Both the position numbers and the translations under genes were made by a program. From positions 1-41,122 of the forward strand of contig CALVYE010000002.1 in the NCBI GenBank assembly GCA_944372025.1: a stretch of DNA of 41,122 bases. The letters run 5' to 3'. The stretch is from an uncultured Bacilli bacterium (GTDB taxonomy: Bacteria > Bacillota_I > Bacilli_A > RF39 > UBA660). Shown one piece after another: positions 17,499 to 25,574 of this stretch (its first letter is position 1; every line of letters starts with the position of its first letter). The notes beneath the pieces were generated by a model, which was given only the letters and a program-made list of their open reading frames with translations, did no database searches and was not told the origin of the DNA.

Positions 17499-17756
17499 TT
17501 AAGCATCTGTACCTGTGATATTACCATCTGCATCTACATTGATTATTGTACCATCTCCACATGTACACTGACCACCGCCGCCCTCTGTTTTAACATAACT
17601 TGTGGCTTCGCCTTCTGGGCATATATTTTTACAGGTATTTAAATTTAAACTCCCTTGAATAGCAGGCCAAACAAATGCATAAAACAATGCCACTATTGCT
17701 GCTATTGCAACTATTGTTACAACTGTCATATTTAATTCTCCAGTTGCCTCTTTCAT
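17499..17756 (-). CDS. Small pilin candidate (Flp-like size, class III-type leader MKEATG)
   Basis: 85 aa with a short charged leader ending in Gly, a 25-aa hydrophobic helix, and a short Cys/Gly-rich head (CKNIC...GGGGQCTCG). Confidence 0.45.
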   Translation of the reverse strand: MKEATGELNMTVVTIVAIAAIVALFYAFVWPAIQGSLNLNTCKNICPEGEATSYVKTEGGGGQCTCGDGTIINVDADGNITGTDA

Positions 17757-17849
17757 TAACCATCAATCCTTTCACTCTTATTATTAACAATTATATTGTA
17801 TAATATTTATTTAAATTATTCAACATTTTGTTTAATTATTTACATTATT

Positions 17850-18644
17850 TTACATACCAGTATTTTGTAACATCATTAACATTGATACCATAAGTAATAC
17901 TACTACTCCTCCACCTGTTACTCCAAGCATTACCATAGTTTTACTTTGCATTTTTTCTAGACGTTCCTTATATTTTTGCTCACGCGCTTTATTTTGCAAT
18001 GATGAAACAGTTTTTGAAAGTAACAATAATTGTTCTTGTTTATTTTCTTGGATACCAAGCCCAAGTCTATATAAAAGTCTCATCATACGCATTGAATCTC
18101 TTACGGGATAAGTTTTTGCGAATTCCATATATGGATCTATTGAAGAATCTCCAGCTTCAATTTTAGCAATTAAGGTTCTAAGTCCTTGTTTAAATATGTC
18201 TGGAGCATCATCAACAGACTTAGCAAGCGCAACAGGTACGGTATAATGTTGAACTAGTACTTCTATAGTTTTTAAATAGTATGGTAATAATAAATCAATA
18301 TCATGTAAATGTTTTTTGTAATATGATTTTAAATTAAAATATTGTGATTTAAAAATATATCCTGCAATTAATCCGCATATTAATATATTTAAAAAACTAA
18401 TATTAGTAATAAATAGTATAAACATTATTCCAAAGATTAATACTGCATTTTTAATTCTTTTGTTGAATAAAACATCTGGATTTACATTTTCACCGTATTT
18501 AGCCATAACTAGAAAGTCATAGTCATTTTCTTTTAATAGTTTTACATACACACTATTATCTTTAAAAAATTGATTGGTATTTACTGAACCATTAACGAAT
18601 AATATTATAAATATTATTGCGGCTACCACTAATATTTCCCACAT
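17850..18644 (-). CDS. TadC-like (T2SSF/GspF-fold) pilus platform protein
   Basis: N-terminal TM helix, a TM pair, a cytoplasmic helical domain and a C-terminal TM helix. Its start shares 1 nt with the TadB-like stop. Confidence 0.55.
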   Translation of the reverse strand: MWEILVVAAIIFIILFVNGSVNTNQFFKDNSVYVKLLKENDYDFLVMAKYGENVNPDVLFNKRIKNAVLIFGIMFILFITNISFLNILICGLIAGYIFKSQYFNLKSYYKKHLHDIDLLLPYYLKTIEVLVQHYTVPVALAKSVDDAPDIFKQGLRTLIAKIEAGDSSIDPYMEFAKTYPVRDSMRMMRLLYRLGLGIQENKQEQLLLLSKTVSSLQNKAREQKYKERLEKMQSKTMVMLGVTGGGVVVLLMVSMLMMLQNTGM

Positions 18645-19546
18645 TATTCAGCACCTACATTCTCATTATAATATTTTTCACCATTAAGTAAAAATCCACT
18701 ATTGAATAATAATATCGCATGAAGTGTCAACTGAACATACCATAAATCTAACATTTTTACATATGAATCTACACCTAATAATAATTGTATAACTGCTACA
18801 AGCAAGTATAACATTATTCCATACATTAAAAATCTTTTATGGAAGTCTTGTCTATCCATTCTATCTCTATAAACACCTTCTACAAGAGTATCTATGTCGA
18901 GTGACATATTATCTAGAGAATCTGTAATATCATGTGCACCTTCTTTGGTAACTTGTAAAAATAATTGATGCATGTTTTTAACTATGTAGTATGGATATTT
19001 AATATTCATATATTCTATTGAATCATCTATTTGTCCGTTTTCATATGCCATTTCTACCATTTTTTTAACATCACTTAATACAGGATCTTCTAAAACTCCT
19101 GATGCAGCAACTCCTTCAATGGCTTTTACGAAAGATTTTGTTGTTTGATACTCCATTATTGTATTAGTGGCATATACTTGAATTTGTTCAAAGATAAATT
19201 CACTATATACTCTTTTATATCTTAAATATGCAAGATATGGTATTACAGCTACTGCTATTAGAGCATAGATTATAGACCATATTATACTATAGAAATATAA
19301 ATATGAAATACCACCAGCTACACCAGCAAATATTACTACTTGAGTTATATATTGTCTAGGTGTATAGTCAGCTTTTAGATCTCTGACTTTCTTTCTCATT
19401 TCTTTATATGAATATGGTGCTATCTTTTCATATACTACTTCTAATTTTGCATTGACATATTTATAAAGGCTATCTCCTTTTTTAGAACGGTATGTTATTA
19501 TGAATAATGCAATAAATGCAATTATAACAAATATAAGAAAATCCAT
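18644..19546 (-). CDS. TadB-like (T2SSF/GspF-fold) pilus platform protein
   Basis: Same topology class as the TadC-like gene. Immediately downstream of the CpaF-like ATPase. Confidence 0.55.
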   Translation of the reverse strand: MDFLIFVIIAFIALFIITYRSKKGDSLYKYVNAKLEVVYEKIAPYSYKEMRKKVRDLKADYTPRQYITQVVIFAGVAGGISYLYFYSIIWSIIYALIAVAVIPYLAYLRYKRVYSEFIFEQIQVYATNTIMEYQTTKSFVKAIEGVAASGVLEDPVLSDVKKMVEMAYENGQIDDSIEYMNIKYPYYIVKNMHQLFLQVTKEGAHDITDSLDNMSLDIDTLVEGVYRDRMDRQDFHKRFLMYGIMLYLLVAVIQLLLGVDSYVKMLDLWYVQLTLHAILLFNSGFLLNGEKYYNENVGAE

Positions 19547-19559
19547 AATATCACCTACT

Positions 19560-20642
19560 TTACATTATTATTTCTTCTTCTTGAACTTCTGGAGCCATAA
19601 CAGATTTTGGTAAAGTTATTCCCTGTGCATCTAAATATCCAATTAAATATTTGGTTGGATTACTTCTAAAAATTCTTCCATCAGAAGTTTTTTTGTAAAT
19701 TGCATGATGTCCAGGTTTATTATCTTCGGTAACAAAGAACTCTGTAACTTCAACAATTTCTCTTTGAAATCTATTATATTCTTTTGAGAAGTAACCTCTA
19801 ATATGAACACCTAATTGTACATATCTATGAATTGAGTTTAAGAATTGTTCAATATCTTGATTTGATTCAAGCAAACTATACATACGACTAGGTATAGATT
19901 CGGCTTTATCAGAGTGAATTGTAGACAATATGTTATGTCCTGATGAAATAGAGTTTCTTACTGCCATAACTGCTTCTGCACTTCTGACTTCGGATAATAA
20001 TATCCATTTAGGGTTTTGTCTCATACATGTTACTAATACATCTGAATATGAAGCAATGTTATTTGTTTTCATCGCAACTATATCTCTATGTGGAAAGATT
20101 CTGTCTAAGTGTAATTCTAAGGTGTCTTCTATAGTAATTAGTTTTTCATTTTCATAAGTATGAGAAGCTAAATACTTAACAAACTCTGTTTTACCAGATC
20201 CAGTTTCCCCACTTACAATAATATTACAGTGTCCATGAACGCATTCTATTAGAAAATCATGTACATCCATCGTTACATAATTTTCATTTAATAGTTTATC
20301 TTTATTAAGTCTTATTTTAGCAGGGGTTTTTCTTAATACTGCAGCAATTCCATTTCTTGCGATTGAGTCATGAACAAAGTTAAGACGAAGTTCTGAACCT
20401 TCGGCATCAAGAAAAGGTTCTGCCATATTAAAAGTCTTACCCATTGCGTTAGAACATTGGAATGCAAGTTTTTCCATTAAAGCATTGTTAACTTCAGGAT
20501 TTTCAATTCGATAAACTCCCTTTGTTAAAGATTTTAACCACAGATTTCCACCATTACTATATGATATATCAGTTATATCATCGTTATCTAAGTATTGTTG
20601 TAGAGGTCCAAAATCTATATGTTCAAATACATTATCATTCAT
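19560..20642 (-). CDS. CpaF/TadA-type secretion ATPase (T2SSE/VirB11 superfamily)
   Basis: Walker A SGETGSGKTE, Asp-box ITIEDTLEL, Walker B ILLSEVRSAEA, His-box STIHS. Confidence 0.8.
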   Translation of the reverse strand: MNDNVFEHIDFGPLQQYLDNDDITDISYSNGGNLWLKSLTKGVYRIENPEVNNALMEKLAFQCSNAMGKTFNMAEPFLDAEGSELRLNFVHDSIARNGIAAVLRKTPAKIRLNKDKLLNENYVTMDVHDFLIECVHGHCNIIVSGETGSGKTEFVKYLASHTYENEKLITIEDTLELHLDRIFPHRDIVAMKTNNIASYSDVLVTCMRQNPKWILLSEVRSAEAVMAVRNSISSGHNILSTIHSDKAESIPSRMYSLLESNQDIEQFLNSIHRYVQLGVHIRGYFSKEYNRFQREIVEVTEFFVTEDNKPGHHAIYKKTSDGRIFRSNPTKYLIGYLDAQGITLPKSVMAPEVQEEEIIM

Positions 20643-20644
20643 TA

Positions 20645-21517
20645 TTATTCTTCCTCAGTATTATTTTGAATTTCGTCAGTAGAATCATCTGTTAATTGAT
20701 CTTCTGGAACATTAACTGTTCTATCTTCAATATATTGCCTTAAATATGAGCTTGTTACTTCTACTGCTCCCTCATATTCATCATCACTAATAGATTCTAC
20801 AACAGGTACTGGTATTAACTCTACATTTAAGTAATTTGCTTTTCTAAGAAGTAAGTGTAAATCTTCACTAACACCAAAAATTAGTGTAGATGGTGTCCTA
20901 TTTTCTTCAGTATTTTCAAATACATCTCTACCACTTGAATCTAAAACCGCTAAGACTTTTACATCTTTAAGTAACATTCCAATCATTGGCTTACCAGTAT
21001 CATCTTCTGCTTTCATATAAATATTTACATATGTATCATCCATTATAGCATTACCATATGTGTCAGCAAAGTTAATAGAAAATGCATATGGTATTTGTCC
21101 CTCATCAATTTTTAGTAAAACTGAAGATGGTATTTTTGAACGGTCTACAACGTTAACATTTCTTATTAGAACTGAACCTTGTGGTATTAATGAATTTATA
21201 TTCGCATATGCCCCATTTTCAAAAGCACTATTAAGTTCAGCAGCACTTCTTATTACTGACGCTCCAGCTGTATTAGAGCCCATCATTTTATCATACATTA
21301 CTTTTGCAATTTGTATTGTTTCAACCATATCTGTTGTTATCCTAGTTCTAGGTTGAATGTTTTGTTTAGCAACAACAACTGATATTTGTTCAACTTGTTG
21401 ATTTATTCTCCAATTATATCCAAAGTAAAGTATAGCTATACCAACCAAAGTCCCTAATATTGTTACTGTGTTTTTATTAGTAATAAATTTTTTTAATGAA
21501 GCAACAAAATTGTTCAT
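20645..21517 (-). CDS. CpaB/RcpC-like Flp pilus assembly protein (SAF domain)
   Basis: N-terminal TM helix followed by the SAF-like VVVAKQNIQPRTRITTDMV. AGGAGG RBS precedes the ATG at 21517; the track start is a GTG two codons upstream. Confidence 0.55.
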   Translation of the reverse strand: MNNFVASLKKFITNKNTVTILGTLVGIAILYFGYNWRINQQVEQISVVVAKQNIQPRTRITTDMVETIQIAKVMYDKMMGSNTAGASVIRSAAELNSAFENGAYANINSLIPQGSVLIRNVNVVDRSKIPSSVLLKIDEGQIPYAFSINFADTYGNAIMDDTYVNIYMKAEDDTGKPMIGMLLKDVKVLAVLDSSGRDVFENTEENRTPSTLIFGVSEDLHLLLRKANYLNVELIPVPVVESISDDEYEGAVEVTSSYLRQYIEDRTVNVPEDQLTDDSTDEIQNNTEEE

Positions 21518-21600
21518 AAACACTTCCTCCTATCATAATATAATAATTATAACATAATTATTTTTTTTAAGCGATATATTTTTTTGATTTTTATTATAAA

Positions 21601-21631
21601 AATAGAACAATACACAAAATATTGTTCTATT
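21601..21631 (-). terminator. Hairpin overlapping the stop of the 134-aa gene
   Basis: TAGAACAAT / ATTGTTCTA stem with a 9-nt loop and a T-rich tail on the minus strand. Confidence 0.4.
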
Positions 21632-22031
21632 CTATATTAGTAGTTTCTAAAATTGCATCTATTCTGTTAACTATATCAAATTGATCTCCTGTAAAGCTAA
21701 ACACATTACTTTTTGCTCCCACACTTAAACTAACTTTCGGAGGCATTTCTACTATATCGAAAAAATTAATATCATATGTTTTCGTAAATCCAGCACTTTC
21801 AGCATATCTTCTAATAAAGTTTTCTACAAATTTTTCTTTATCTATTGCTAATTTATCATATTTTCTATAATAGGCAATATCTACAGAATCTATCATTGCT
21901 GCTTCTGTAATTTCTTTTACTAGATAATAATTTTGATCATTTGTACTTGTTATGTCTTGAAATAGAAATACTATTGCTATACCTAAAATTCCTATTACAA
22001 TTATAAAATATCCCCAAAATGACTCTTTCAT
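21627..22031 (-). CDS. Prepilin-like or bitopic small protein (MKESFWG leader plus hydrophobic helix)
   Basis: 134 aa. The leader resembles those of the 85-aa and 146-aa proteins. The gene abuts the stop of the 934-aa gene. Confidence 0.35.
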   Translation of the reverse strand: MKESFWGYFIIVIGILGIAIVFLFQDITSTNDQNYYLVKEITEAAMIDSVDIAYYRKYDKLAIDKEKFVENFIRRYAESAGFTKTYDINFFDIVEMPPKVSLSVGAKSNVFSFTGDQFDIVNRIDAILETTNIE

Positions 22032-24836
22032 TTAATCACCATCTTCTGAAAAATCTCCAATTTTTTTTCTTCTCTCATTATTGCTTGGCAGTTTAATATT
22101 ATCTATTTTCCCTAAATTAGCACTATCAGCGTTTGAATTGCAATTTGTTCCATTCAAGAGACATGTTAAAAAATTACTTGTTCTTTCAACACTGTTATAT
22201 TCTGTAGATAAAGTATCCCAATCAAGATACCCTTTATTACTATCTTGCAAATCATTATATTTTTGAATTCTAGATATAAGATCAGGAGTTAATTTAATTG
22301 AATATATTGGATCACTATAAACTGTATCTCCTTTTATATTTGTACTTGTTCCTGTAATGTATTCTTCAACTTTTGTATTACGAGAATTCAATGCTTGTCC
22401 AAACCAATTTGGTCCAATATCTCTATTATTTGGGAATGGGTTAGTAAGAGATATAGGTCTAAAATAATATGGAGTATTATTAACCTTTATAGGCGGAGTT
22501 TCATCATCAGGAGGGTCAGGATCGTCATCATCAATACAAGTGCCATCTTTAATACAATTTGCAACTAAATATGAACAAGTATATGGTTTATTTCCAGAAT
22601 TTATTTCTCCTAATAACCCACCATTGTTGATACTTATTTCGAAATCATAATATCCTGATTCATCATTTACACTTGTATATATTTTATTTCCTCCATCTAA
22701 ATAATTTGATGTAATTATTGGTTTTTTACCTGTATAATTATTATAACTGTCATCTCCTCCTACTTGATTTATATAATATTTAGGCAACATCATATTATAT
22801 GATACATCAAAACTAATTGATTGAATTACATTGTAAGAATTATAATTGTAAACTGGATAAGATCGATATCTTCCATAACGATCATAATAGGATTCATAAT
22901 GATCAATGCATCGATAACTACGTCTTCTTGTGCTTATTTCAGGAATTTGAGATTTAAGATCAGTAAGTATGACAGTAGTTTCATCTCCATTACTATTATT
23001 ATCATTGTTGTCATTTGCAAACATATATATATATTCTTTTGTATTTCCTACACCTGGCAATATTTGCTTAAAAGTTATTGTTTGATTTTTAAGGTTATTA
23101 ATATCAATACGATTATATGCTGTTTCCATTGCCTCATTGTAATCATCAATATCATCCTCTAAGTTATCACACCACTTGTACCCTCCTCCTGAATATGTAT
23201 TTGAAGGTTCATTACCAGTAATTGAAACAGTATCCACTATTTTTAGATTATATTCAAAACCTCGACCAGCATCTATCATTGGATAAGCTTTATTTTTATT
23301 TGGATAATTTGTAGAAGTAATCTCAAATGTTTCTGTAACTTGTATTTCTGAATTACTCTCTGTGTATTCTCTTTCCCATGGTTGATTTTTGCAAGTTCGA
23401 TTTCTCCCATCATCATCATATTTTTTTATTTCATCATCTGAAGAATCACATACTTTGTTCCAATTTGAATTTATTTGTTGTGTTGTTATAGGGCAACAAA
23501 TTAAAGCGTTTTTTTCAAAAGTTTCCTCGTCTGCACTTTCACAACATTCTTCTCTGTGAGAAGAAAAATAATCGGCATTATTACATTTATTTTTTTCAAC
23601 TATAATATTTTTGCATCTAGATGTGTTTTTATATTGATTTGTTTTACAACAATGATTCGAATCATTTATATTAACATTCCAACTACAACTTTTTTTACAT
23701 CTAGAATCATTTTGGTATTCTGGATAATTACAACAATGTGATTGATCAGATCTATCAACGTTCCATTTGCATGAAAATTCATATCCTGAACATTTTTGGT
23801 TGTATTGTTCTTTTATAAAAGGATTATTAAGATATGATGCAAATGTTTTTAATGTTGGAAGTTTTTCTCCATTAACGTATATATTATAATCAATTTCAGG
23901 ATTTGGATTACAACATAATTCTTGCATATTCCAAACAGTAGAATTCCATACATTTGGATCATTTATTGTTGCTGCACCATTTGAACCATCACTTCCACAA
24001 CATGTTTCAGGATATTCATAGCAACATTCATTTTCGTGTTTATATGCATAGCTTTGATCCTTACATTGATTGTAATTTGGATCATCATATTCAAATACAG
24101 CTACAAAAGGTACCCAATAATGATATACTCTAGATACATCTTCTCCTCCCCCACTTATTCCATTCCATCCTAATCCAGCCCAAGCCGCATTATCTCCCAT
24201 TGCTGTTAATCTTCCTACATATACATTGTATGAAAATTCATTATTAGCTTTATCCAGTCCAATTTTTGATACTGTATAGTTTTCAACCTTCCAAGTATTC
24301 CAAAAGTCAAATGTACTTTGATTTAAAGGATCAGGTTTACTATTATTAAAATTTAATGCTTCTATACTTATAAGTTCTACATTATTTTTATCTTGTAATT
24401 GAGTAGGTAATGGGTCACTTACATTGTATGATAAATCCATTAGTGGACACACTTGAATTCCAAGTCCTCCAGCTACTTCCCAGTAACCATCTCTTCCTAC
24501 CCAAGCATCGATTCTTCCTGAATCATAAAAATACATTCTTATTCTTTTACCATTATCTATTGATTCTGTTTTATATTTAGCTCCATCTACTCCCATTCGT
24601 CTTAATTCTTCTATGGCACATTTATTCATACCAGTATCTGATGAACCAGCATTTGTATCATTCTTACAAAATGATTGTGCACCAGAATAATGTGATCCAT
24701 CAAATCTTCCAAAAGTAGGCAATTCACTACTTGGACATGTACTTCCCCAAGCATCATAACTTCTAGCATATATTTTAAATGGAAACATTAGCAAAATAAA
24801 TAAACCTAAAAAAACTATATTTATTTTATTTTTCAT
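22032..24836 (-). CDS. Large secreted cysteine-rich protein (candidate adhesin or tip protein), function unknown
   Basis: Type I signal peptide. The Cys-rich core holds seven CC dipeptides and a tandem repeat of about 29 aa. Has an acidic/Pro linker DDDDPDPPDDETPP. No LPXTG motif and no C-terminal TM helix. Confidence 0.6.
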   Translation of the reverse strand: MKNKINIVFLGLFILLMFPFKIYARSYDAWGSTCPSSELPTFGRFDGSHYSGAQSFCKNDTNAGSSDTGMNKCAIEELRRMGVDGAKYKTESIDNGKRIRMYFYDSGRIDAWVGRDGYWEVAGGLGIQVCPLMDLSYNVSDPLPTQLQDKNNVELISIEALNFNNSKPDPLNQSTFDFWNTWKVENYTVSKIGLDKANNEFSYNVYVGRLTAMGDNAAWAGLGWNGISGGGEDVSRVYHYWVPFVAVFEYDDPNYNQCKDQSYAYKHENECCYEYPETCCGSDGSNGAATINDPNVWNSTVWNMQELCCNPNPEIDYNIYVNGEKLPTLKTFASYLNNPFIKEQYNQKCSGYEFSCKWNVDRSDQSHCCNYPEYQNDSRCKKSCSWNVNINDSNHCCKTNQYKNTSRCKNIIVEKNKCNNADYFSSHREECCESADEETFEKNALICCPITTQQINSNWNKVCDSSDDEIKKYDDDGRNRTCKNQPWEREYTESNSEIQVTETFEITSTNYPNKNKAYPMIDAGRGFEYNLKIVDTVSITGNEPSNTYSGGGYKWCDNLEDDIDDYNEAMETAYNRIDINNLKNQTITFKQILPGVGNTKEYIYMFANDNNDNNSNGDETTVILTDLKSQIPEISTRRRSYRCIDHYESYYDRYGRYRSYPVYNYNSYNVIQSISFDVSYNMMLPKYYINQVGGDDSYNNYTGKKPIITSNYLDGGNKIYTSVNDESGYYDFEISINNGGLLGEINSGNKPYTCSYLVANCIKDGTCIDDDDPDPPDDETPPIKVNNTPYYFRPISLTNPFPNNRDIGPNWFGQALNSRNTKVEEYITGTSTNIKGDTVYSDPIYSIKLTPDLISRIQKYNDLQDSNKGYLDWDTLSTEYNSVERTSNFLTCLLNGTNCNSNADSANLGKIDNIKLPSNNERRKKIGDFSEDGD

Positions 24837-25489
24837 AGTATCCTCCTTTTTCTTTTAATAGTTCTAAAAATTATAATTAATATTATTATAAAGATAATTA
24901 CTACGATTGAAATTATTAAAATCATATTTATATTTAAGGGATTATTTGTTTCATCTATATTATTTTCTACAATAGTTTGTTCTTCTTTTATTAAACTTTT
25001 TTTATATTCTGATAGTTCTTTTTGAAATGTGTCTTCATTTATTATTCCTTGATAGTCTGGATTACAAAGTTGAAACTCGTTATAGTCTATATTTTCGCAT
25101 TCTTCTCTATCAGCAAATAAATTATATTTTTTTATATAAATATTTTGATCGGTAGATATATCTAAATCACAGTTTATTTCATTACTAAAAAGAAAACTAA
25201 ATTTGTATGATCTTCCTCCTTGATAATTTCCACCTGTTACAGTATTATTATTACTAATATACTCTGTACCTCCTGTATCATAAATTATTATATCGTTAGG
25301 TACATTATAAAATGTTATAGAAAAATTATTATTTCCGAGATGATTAAATTTATATTTTATACTTTTAATTTTATTATATATTTCATTTGTTACTTCTTTT
25401 GAACACGTTTGTGCAAAAGTATTTACTGGTATTAAAAATAACATTAATAAAATCAAAAAATTAAATATTCTTTTTTTTAAATAATTCAT
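24833..25489 (-). CDS. Secreted protein with a C-terminal TM anchor, function unknown (first gene of the block)
   Basis: Signal peptide (…VNTFAQ), a C-terminal hydrophobic helix and a basic tail RTIKRKRRIL. ATGA overlap with the next gene. Confidence 0.5.
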   Translation of the reverse strand: MNYLKKRIFNFLILLMLFLIPVNTFAQTCSKEVTNEIYNKIKSIKYKFNHLGNNNFSITFYNVPNDIIIYDTGGTEYISNNNTVTGGNYQGGRSYKFSFLFSNEINCDLDISTDQNIYIKKYNLFADREECENIDYNEFQLCNPDYQGIINEDTFQKELSEYKKSLIKEEQTIVENNIDETNNPLNINMILIISIVVIIFIIILIIIFRTIKRKRRIL

Positions 25490-25517
25490 ACTACCCTCCT
25501 ATGATATATTCATATTA

Positions 25518-25526
25518 ATTATAACA
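25518..25526 (-). promoter_or_regulatory. Extended -10 element (TGTTATAAT) upstream of the first gene of the T4SS/Tad block
   Basis: The minus-strand sequence ...ATGTGTTATAATT... lies between the upstream terminator and the AGGAGGG RBS of the 218-aa gene. I saw no good -35 element. Confidence 0.35.
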
Positions 25527-25540
25527 CATAAAATATAATA

Positions 25541-25567
25541 AAAAACAGCTATTTGGCTGTTTTTTAT
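25541..25567 (-). terminator. Rho-independent terminator (right edge of the T4SS/Tad block)
   Basis: AAAAACAGC / GCTGTTTTT stem with a 6-nt loop and T-runs. Confidence 0.65.
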
Positions 25568-25574
25568 TATATTT

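Noticed and set aside
22050-22070. Homopolymer tracts as phase-variation switches: A8/T8 near the 3' end of the 934-aa gene, A8 at about 27066-27073 in the leader of the degenerate VanY gene, and the G6 run in the cotE RBS at 36264-36269.
   Set aside because: A/T runs of 7-8 nt are expected by chance in DNA this AT-rich. The G6 run is short. There is no evidence of length variation from a single sequence.
5704-25567. Interpretation of the block as a standard integrative conjugative element.
   Set aside because: In the block and its immediate flanks I could not find a relaxase, a tyrosine, serine or DDE recombinase, an excisionase, a replication initiator or flanking direct repeats. I therefore report it as a T4SS/Tad locus of unknown mobility. 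A relaxase with weak motifs could have been missed by eye.
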